From the NCBI GenBank assembly GCA_965214785.1, contig OZ243975.1:708914-772913 (forward strand): a stretch of DNA of 64,000 bases, in the 5' to 3' direction. The number at the start of each line of letters is the position of its first letter. Within the stretch, counting starts at the first letter, position 1. The position numbers and the translations under genes are program-made. Of this stretch, positions 10,093-18,900 are shown in pieces. The notes under the pieces are model-generated. The model was not told the DNA's origin, made no database searches, and was given only the letters and a program-made list of their open reading frames with translations. This stretch comes from Arenicellales bacterium (GTDB lineage: Bacteria; Pseudomonadota; Gammaproteobacteria; Arenicellales; JAJDZL01).

Positions 10093-12834
10093 GTGGTAGG
10101 AACAAGACTTAAACAAAAGTGCTTGAAAATGCAATTCACACACATAAATTTCAGTAACCGAACCGAGTTTTATTCATCGCGGCATCCGCGTTATAAATCC
10201 AAACCGTTCTACCCCCCCCCCGCTGGATCTAGTCGCCGCTTAGCACCGCCTGTCGTAAGCGCAAGTACTGCGACAGATCACTTTCGTCTTCATCCTCAAA
10301 CTTGCGGCATCAAGACCGCATTTTTGTGCTCAGCCTTATCAGCAGCACTTGCAGCATCGCTGTCAAGCGCTGATACCACACAGCAAACGATTGAACAGGC
10401 CATTGACTATCCGGAAGGTGCTGTAGCCAGAATCACTTCTGTCGCACCCAAAGATGCGCTGTGGACGCTTGAGGGTGAAGACGCAAAAAGATTATTGATC
10501 GAAGACGGTGTACTTCGATTTTCTGAAGACGGCCTTCGAGTCGCCCGACCTGATTTTGAAATCCCCCGTGATGCAGACGGTGACAATGTCTACCGCGTTC
10601 GCGTAACGCGCATTATCGATGATGCAGATAAAAAGCGAAGCTATGATTTCGTAATCAGGGTCACCGACCGCGATGAACCAGGTCGCATCAAGACATCCAC
10701 CGTTCACCCAGTCAACGGTGAAACTGTTCAGGTTCATCTTACAGACCCTGATGACATCGAAGGAGAGATCCGATGGCGCTGGCAGCGCTCGGCGGAACCT
10801 GACCAATGGATTTCCATTGATGCCGTCAATTCTTCCTCCTACACCCCAAACGCAGGCGATACAGGTCACTTCATTCGCGTCATCGCTGAGTACCACGACC
10901 GTCTAGGCGGTCCCCGTACGGTAAAGGCTCTTTTACCTGAAACTGTAATTGGCCCAAAGCTACTATCTTTAGATGCCAAAACCGACCATGGCGGAAAAAC
11001 ACTTCATCCGCTGTTTGACCCTGTCATCACTCACTACGGCATCGAATGTGACGAGCGCGATGTGTTGAGTGTGAACTTCACCTTACCACAAGATATCAAA
11101 GCATCAGTCAACGCCATACAGCCTCGCCCGGGGCGCAAGACAGGAGCAGCGGCAGCTGTAGAAGAAACCAGTGATACAAAGATTGTCTTATCTCAAGCAG
11201 ACGGTGCGAGTACGACCTACACCATACACTGTCTGCCACAGCAGCTTGCCAAGATACGAACCAAACCGGATCCGAACAATCCGCTTGACGTACTGCTTGG
11301 GGTAACAGCAGGGCCCTTTGCAGCAGTGATTGACGAAAACGGAGTCTCGCGCGCGCATATCAAGGCAAGCCGCGGCAAATCAGGTTTCTTTTTTCGACCT
11401 TTCGGCTCAGGGCACAACATGCGCTTTGCGCATGTTGAAACATCAGCAGAAGAAAAACAGCACTGGCGAGTGCTTGATCGAAACTTCAATACGGTGCGCA
11501 CCGTTGCCACCGCTTCGCCTTTGACCACGACCGGGCGTCACGACTTTCGGCTGCTTGCAGATGGTTCTTCTCTGCTGATGACTTATGAACCTCAAGTTCG
11601 GGACTTCAGTTATCTTTCTTTTCCTGACCCAGACGGTGAACCGTGGGGAAGCGCGGTAGAAACCGAAGATTCAGCTATTCAATGGCTCGGTCCTGACGGC
11701 AAAGTGCGGTGGACCTGGAATTCCTGGGGCCGAATACCACTTGAAGACTGTTCACAGCACCGTTTTCCGCAAGACTGGGCGCATGTCAATTCAATTGAAT
11801 GGACAGATCAAGGCGTACTGGCATCTTTTCGCGGCTGCTCTTCAATTTTGATGATTGACCCTAAAGCTCCATCAGGAGACGAGATCGTCTGGCGTATTGG
11901 CAGAACCAATTTGCAGGCAGATGAGTGGAAAGAACGCGGTCTTAGTCCGCCTCCGCTTGCGATTGTCGGTGATCCGGAAGGTGAGTTTTGCGGTCAGCAC
12001 GCGGCAATGCTGCTGGCGCCACCTGCAGGATTGGAGCTTTCGCGCTTACTTTTGTTTGATAACGGTGTTGCTTGTGTAACCAACCCACATACAGGTGAGT
12101 CACTTGGCCGCGAATCTGACCGTTACAGCAGAGCTTTAGAATACGCAATTGATGTTGCAAACGAAGAAGCGATCTTTGTACGCGACCATGCTCTTGGCAA
12201 TAGCCGAGACCGCCTTGGCTTTGCAGGCGGTCATGTAGAACCTTTATCTGACGGCAAGTGGCTTGTGAGTTGGGGCGGAGGTGGAGCAAACAACACCGGT
12301 GAAAACCTTGGCCTTGAGATTACTGACTTGGTGACAGCAGTTGATCCAGACAAAGGACAAGAAACCTTTTCCATCCCGGTTGGCGATGATGACAAAGCGA
12401 CTGCCGGATTTCGGGTACTGCCTGTTGCATTGGATCTGTTGATGCGCCCGCAAGCGCAATTGCATGCATTTTTTCCAGACCCGCTGCCACCTTCTCACGA
12501 TGGTGCAGGTAAGACATTTTCGATTCTTGTGTCTTTTTCTCGGCCGATCTCAGACTTTGGTGTAGATACCCCGTCCATTGAGATTAGCGGCGGTGAACTT
12601 ACCGAAGTACAAGCTTTCACTTCATTCGGGCGACCTGCAAACAGTTATGAGATTTTCATCAAACCTGCTGCAAGCGATCCGATGTGCCTGTCGTTTCGGA
12701 CAAAAATCAGCTGCACTGAAAGAGAAAGCATATGCAGTGCTGACGGGACTGAGCTCACCGAAGCACCAGAACCTTTTTTGATTCCAGGCAGTGACTTATC
12801 CAACGGTCAGTCGCACACAAACAAGTGCACATGA
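10093..12834 (+). CDS. Secreted multidomain protein with cadherin-like beta-sandwich modules and an arylsulfotransferase (ASST)-like beta-propeller. The start codon is uncertain.
   Basis: A signal-peptide-like segment KTAFLCSALSAALAASLSSA|DT occurs only at residues 74-93. A cadherin-like segment reads LSLDAKTDHGGKTLHPLFDPVITHYGIEC...TTYTIHC. ASST-like motifs are GRHDFRLLADG and DWAHVNSIEWTDQGVLASFRGCSSILMIDP...IVWRIGRTN. No ATG, GTG or TTG lies between the C10 tract and the signal peptide. Confidence 0.7.
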   Translation: MVGTRLKQKCLKMQFTHINFSNRTEFYSSRHPRYKSKPFYPPPAGSSRRLAPPVVSASTATDHFRLHPQTCGIKTAFLCSALSAALAASLSSADTTQQTIEQAIDYPEGAVARITSVAPKDALWTLEGEDAKRLLIEDGVLRFSEDGLRVARPDFEIPRDADGDNVYRVRVTRIIDDADKKRSYDFVIRVTDRDEPGRIKTSTVHPVNGETVQVHLTDPDDIEGEIRWRWQRSAEPDQWISIDAVNSSSYTPNAGDTGHFIRVIAEYHDRLGGPRTVKALLPETVIGPKLLSLDAKTDHGGKTLHPLFDPVITHYGIECDERDVLSVNFTLPQDIKASVNAIQPRPGRKTGAAAAVEETSDTKIVLSQADGASTTYTIHCLPQQLAKIRTKPDPNNPLDVLLGVTAGPFAAVIDENGVSRAHIKASRGKSGFFFRPFGSGHNMRFAHVETSAEEKQHWRVLDRNFNTVRTVATASPLTTTGRHDFRLLADGSSLLMTYEPQVRDFSYLSFPDPDGEPWGSAVETEDSAIQWLGPDGKVRWTWNSWGRIPLEDCSQHRFPQDWAHVNSIEWTDQGVLASFRGCSSILMIDPKAPSGDEIVWRIGRTNLQADEWKERGLSPPPLAIVGDPEGEFCGQHAAMLLAPPAGLELSRLLLFDNGVACVTNPHTGESLGRESDRYSRALEYAIDVANEEAIFVRDHALGNSRDRLGFAGGHVEPLSDGKWLVSWGGGGANNTGENLGLEITDLVTAVDPDKGQETFSIPVGDDDKATAGFRVLPVALDLLMRPQAQLHAFFPDPLPPSHDGAGKTFSILVSFSRPISDFGVDTPSIEISGGELTEVQAFTSFGRPANSYEIFIKPAASDPMCLSFRTKISCTERESICSADGTELTEAPEPFLIPGSDLSNGQSHTNKCT
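10212..10221 (+). repeat. Homopolymeric C10 tract inside the 5' end of the 10093-12834 ORF
   Basis: Read directly: tac ccc ccc ccc gct (Y40-P41-P42-P43). The ten consecutive C residues lie 28 codons after the ATG at 10129 and about 90 nt before the signal-peptide coding region. Confidence 0.95.
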
Positions 12835-12901
12835 ACAAATCAAAAGATCCAAAACCCTTGCGCGTTTGTCGCAATCGGTCAGATAACAAAGGAGTTTACC
12901 T

Positions 12902-15900
12902 ATGAACGGTTCAAGCAAAGATCGAACTGACAATCCGGTTATTGAAATTAGGCCTAAGTTTTGTTTTAAACGATGTAGTCGGTTGAGTCATTACAGGGCT
13001 GGCGCTGCATCGCAATATGCTGGACGCTTATTTCGAAATGTGATGACCGGATTGCTGGCGCTGCTGATCGCGGCTACGTGGATGTCGGGGGCGCAGGCGC
13101 AATCAACGGCCAATCCCGCTGGCTTGTGCGAAGGTCAGATAACGGAAGTCACTTTTTCAGATGTTTCAGCAAGCAGCACCACCACCCCAACTTGGGTCGA
13201 TATAACCAATACTTCTTTTTCTTCCGGTCATGTGTGGTTTGTGAATACCGACGGCACGAATGCGGGTCAGTCCAATTTTCCGGTGAGCGTGGTAAACGAC
13301 AGTTTTACTGTACGAATTCAGCTTGCAGATAATCTCGTGACGAGTTCTGGAGCGTCAACCGTATCTGTTAGTGAATTGAGTTCGAGCTATTGGGACGGCG
13401 TAAGATTTGATATCTGGGATTCTACGGATTCGAGATGCGCGGCCAGTACCACCGACGGCGTCACCCTTTCCGTATCCGCCCTAACTTTGACCGAGCTTGG
13501 TAGTTCCAGCGATGCCGAGAAGACCTACACCGTAGTGCTTGACACCGATCCGGGCGCCGATGTGACCTTCACGGCGACGGTGCCGGCGGCAAACAGCTCC
13601 GAGGTCGAGATCAAGACCGGCAGCGGCGCTTTCGGCAGCAGCGCCACGCTCACTTTCACCCATGGCAATACCGGCAACTGGAGTTCGGCGCAGACGGTGA
13701 CGGTCAGGGCGCTGAACGATGCCAATGCAACCAACACCACCTCCTTCAACCTCACTCACAGCCTGACCGTGGCCAGCGGTCCCTACGCAAGCATCACACC
13801 GGACCCGGTTGCGGTGTCGGTGACCGACGCCGGCCACGGGGTCACCGTGTCCAAGGCCAGCGTTTCGGCGACGGTGGGTGGCGCTACCGGGACCTACACG
13901 ATCCAGCTCAAAAGCCAGCCTGGCGGCTCGGTGGTCATCACGCCGACCTCGAGCGCCACGGCGAGGGCCACGGTGTCGGGCGCCCTGACTTTTACGAACT
14001 CGAACTGGTCCACGCCGCAGACGGTGACCGTGACTGGCGTCGATGCTGGCTCGGCCACGATCAGCCACATGGTGACGACCGGCACCACGGACTACCCGAC
14101 CAGCACGACGATCGCCTCGGTGACGGCGACGGTCACAACGTCAACGTCGTCAGTTCCGGTGATTTCGATGTCGCTTCCGAGCGGCGAGAGCGAGATGTAC
14201 ACGGATGACGACGAGCTGATCCGCCCGGAAAGCGAGGGCGGTACCGGCGTGCTGTTCACCGTGAGTGCCGACCGGCCGCTGCCGAGCACGCTGACGGTGT
14301 GCGTGCGGGTGACCGAGAGCGGCGGCGACCGGGTGACCTCGGGCAATGAGGGCATCAAGACGGTGAGCCTGCCCAGCGAGACCCTCACCACCAGTTCGAA
14401 CACCCACAGTCTCACCTGGACAAACACGAACACGGACGACCAGGACAGCAGCGTGACCGTCGAGGTAGTGGCGCCCAGCACAGTGGGCTGCTCGGTGGCC
14501 AACGACGCCTACACGGTCTCGTCCAGCGACGCCTCGGACAAGCTACTCATTCAGGATGACGAGGCGACCACGGTCTCGCTCACAAGTACAGACATAACCA
14601 TGACCGAGGGCGATGCCTCGGACACTGCTACGCTCACGGTTTCGCTGTCCCGCCAGCTCTATGCCGGCGAGGTCATCGTCGTACCGTTGACGTTGGCGTC
14701 GAGCACCGGAGCGCGGCTGCCGGGGAGCACGAACAGCGGCACTGCCAACCACGATTTTACGGTCGCGGCGGCGGCCGCGTCCGGACATAGCGGTTTGACA
14801 ATCGCGAACGCATTGACGGCCACGCCGAGCCTGACCTTCACCGGCCACGACAGCAATACGGTGCAGACGGCGACGGTGACGCTGACCCCGGTGGCGAACC
14901 GCGATGACGGAAACATGGCCCGCGAGTCGATCACCGTGACACTAGCGTCCGACAGCATACTCGGCGCCACCGGGACGGGCACGACGGTGAGCGGCGGCGT
15001 TCAGCGGCATGCGTCGAACAACGCGGCGACCCTGACCTTAGAGGACGACGAGGCAGTTCCGGCCGGCACGCCGGGCATCACCCTGTCGCCGCTCGGCCCG
15101 CTGCGCCTGCTGGAGACCGGCACGACGAGCTACACGGTAGTGCTCGACGCGGCGCCGACGCATGATGTGACGGTCACTGTTACCAAGAGCCAGGCGGGTT
15201 TAACGGGAACGGGAACGGGACGCACACCCGACCAAAATGCTGCGGACCCCAGCTCGAATCAACTCACCTTCACGACTACGAACTGGAGCCAGCCGCAGAC
15301 GGTGACCGTGACAGGGGCGGACGAGTCCGGCAGGCACCGGAACCGCGCGATGCGTTTAATCCATTCGGCAGGATCGACCGACTCCCGCTACACTGGCTTC
15401 AACACCAACATCCGGGTCGATGTGGACGACGCGCCCGAGGTTGAGGCGTTTTGGTACATCAAGGGCGGCGGCGCGCTCAATTCGCGGATCCGGCGACCGC
15501 ATACGATAACGTCAAGCGGGCTGACGGCGTGGCAGAACGCGGCACCCGGCGACAGAATAAACTACGCCGTACGCCTGTCGAACCGCCCGGCGCCCGGCGG
15601 CACGGTGACAGTGACAGCGACGGTGCCTTCCGACAAGCGCAACCTCGTCGGCCTGTCGCTGACCGAAGGCGGCACGGCGCAAGACACGGTGACGGTTGAG
15701 TTCAAGGACCGCAGTCCCGGCGCAGGCACGGGCTGCAGCAACTGGTTCGGCCATCAAGCGCATCAATACTTCGACAGCCACGGCAACACGCGGACAGTGT
15801 CGGGCCGCCAGCCAGGCGAGAGCTACGACGGCACGGCGGACACGCCCTGGGAGTGCTGGCGCATGATTTATGTGGTGCGCAAGGACGCCTCGCGCGACAT

Positions 15901-18900
15901 CGATGACACTTGCGTCGACATCACCCACACCGCCACAGGCGGCGGCGTGCGCAAGGTCACGGTCGATACGATCCGCGCCCATGTAAGGAACCCGTCGCGC
16001 AACAGACGGGGGTCAAGAGGTTACAATAGCCAATGCTCCAACCTGACCGGCAACACGCTTTCCCCGCAAGGATCGCCCGCGAAGGCCGCACCCACACCCA
16101 CCGAGGCGGTGGCCAATGTTCAGGTGACGGCGGTGGACGACACCAGTGCCAGCGTCACCTGGGATGCGGTAGAGCACGCCACCTCCTATGACGTGTCGTG
16201 GAGTGCTGAAAGCAGCGACGCTCTGAACGCTTCGGCCGGTGACTTGCCCGGCATAACGGCCACCACGACCACCATCGACCACGGCGCCTCGGTACCGATG
16301 ACACTTACGGTTACAGTAATACCGGAATACATCGATGAAAACGGTGACACCGTACAATTGGATGATCTTGGTACAACAGCAACATTGGAAGTCGGCCCTG
16401 GAAGCGATGCCCTTCGCGCTGAAGCACAAAGCCCGGATACACAATCGACGCAATCGGCTGTAACACCCGCGCAGCGTTTGGAGGCAGCTAAGCTGTGCGT
16501 GTCAGACACGCTGATGGAAAAGACAAAGCGTTATTACGAACTTCACCGAAACAAGGCACCGGGTTATGGTGCGAACTGGTTTGCTATTTTGACTGCGTTT
16601 GGCGAACGTACGCAAGTCGACTGGACAGCTGACAGTCGTAGCATAGAGCCGATGAGCGCCGCTTCTTCGCGCGAGCGCGAGTCGAAGTGGAGCGGCTGGA
16701 AGCCTTTTACCGAAGCATTGGAATGTGTAGAGGGAGAACTTGCAAAGGTACAAGCTGCCGCACAAGCCGAAGCACAAGCGGCAGAACAAGCGGCAGAACA
16801 AGCCGATGAAGTCGCACCACTAGTGCTACCGGATGATCTGACAGTGACATTAGAATCCGCTGATTCAGCATCCGGCGTAACAGAAGGCACTGAAGTGTCT
16901 TTTACGCTCAAGGCAGACAGTGCACCGACAAAAGAGCTTGAAGTGACGGTAACGGTCACTCAGACAGGCAGCGTTGCAGATACTTCAGCCACAGGCGAGC
17001 GCAAAGTAACGATTCCGGTCGGTCAGACGCAAGCGGCTTTTAAAGTAGCAACATTAGCCGATGACACCGATGAGGTACAAGGTTCTCTAACGGCAACCGT
17101 ATCAGACGGTACAGGCTATAAGACAGATGATCAAAGTGCAAGTGTAACGGTAGCTGTAAATGATGATGATGCAACATCCATTACGCTCAGTGCCAGTGCA
17201 GACGATCTGACAGAGATTGTTTCTGAAGGATCAAGCAAAAAGACACTGACAGTCACATTAGGGCGTACACTGATCGAAGGTGAAAGCATCGAAGTGCCGC
17301 TTGTCTTTACCGGCACCGCATCGCTTGGCAGCGACTATACGCTTGAAGCGCCAAAGACAGTACCAACCGGGGTGAGCTATGCCAACCTTGGAGGCAGTGA
17401 TCCTGCCAAGGCACCGACAGTGACTTTTGCAGGTTCTACAGGTGGTGTATCTTCACTAACAGCAACACTGACGCTGACCACAGTTGCCGACAGCAAAGCT
17501 GAAGATGACAAAGAGACCGTTACAGTCAAATTGGGCACACCGGCTACAACAGGATTAGGCGGCGGTGTTTCGACTTCTGGAAACGTACAGTTCTCCATCT
17601 TGGAGCCTGTACCTGAGATTTCCATTACAGCAAAGACAGAAACGGTTACAGAAGGTACAGATGCGGTATTCACTGTAAAAGCTAGCCGATCTTCAGGATC
17701 TGACCTTACAGTTAATCTTACAGTCTCAGAATCGGAGGGCAGCGACTTCGTTGCCGCAGATAAAGAAGGTACAGCTACAGTTACCATCACCAAAGGGGAG
17801 ACGGAAGCTGACTTTTCAGTACCGACTGTAAACGATACGGTCAATGAACCCGATGGGTCGGTAACCGTAACGGTTGTCGAAGACGGTGAAAAAGGACAGT
17901 ATTACTCTCAAGCCTCATCACCTGGAGATTCAGCTTCTATAAAAATCACCGACAACGATGCAGTTGCGACGGGACCGGAATTTTCTGTAGCTGATGAAAC
18001 CGCCAATGAGAATGTGGGTTTAATGTACTTTACGGTTCGCTTGGATCGTTCATTGAGTCAAAAAGTACAAGTGACATTCAACGTACGCGAATCGAGTCCT
18101 GTCTCAGCCCGTATGGGACAAGATTACTTTTGGTGGTGGGAAGACGGTCTTGCGCTTACCTTTTACCCGGGTCAGACCCAAAAGAAGATGTGGGTATATG
18201 TCTATAACGACAATCACGACGAAGACCCTGAGACCTTTGAGGTGGTGTTATCGAATCCGACAGGGGGTACAGCCATCGGTGATGGTGTTGCGGTTGGTAC
18301 CATTGTGAACTCTGATCCGATGCCAGCTGCGTGGTTGTCGAGGTTTGGGCGCACCGCTGCGCAGCAAGCCTTAGACGGCATTGCCGCTCGCATTGAATCT
18401 TCAAGAACTTCAGGTATTGAAGGCTCTATAGCCGGACAGGCGCTTGTGTTTGATCCCCAATCCAAATCACTTGTCACAAGCGGTACAGCACAAAACAGTA
18501 CTGCAAACAGTCTTACTGAAACATCATCGCTTGCAAGCTTTGATGCAGATCATGCATTTGGAGATAAAAAAGACGCATCAGGCAATACCGATCCCTTCGG
18601 TTACCAGTCGTATTCTATGACTGAGCGAGAAGCGCTTTTAGCAAGCTCTTTCACGGCAACCGAAGATAAAGATTCATCTGGAGGCTCTTTGGCCTTTTGG
18701 GGCCAGGCTTCACAATCGAACTTCGATGGAACAGAAGGGACGTTTTCCTTAGACGGAGAGGCGACTACTTTGATGAGCGGTACCGATTATGCACGAGGCG
18801 AGTGGCTTTTAGGCATCGCATTGATGCAATCCAAAGGCAAAGGCGGTTATCGCGATACCGATACGGTAAAGCAAGCGGATCTTCCGCAATGTAAAGAAGA

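Noticed and set aside
13481-16959. Many long ORFs antisense or out of frame within the autotransporter, for example 13481-14068 (195 aa), 15512-15982 (156 aa), 16013-16453 (146 aa) and 16564-16959 (131 aa).
   Set aside because: They lie entirely inside the 2327-aa ORF, in its GC-rich part, where stop codons are rare in every frame. Their translations are Arg/Gly/Ala/His-rich junk with no motifs.
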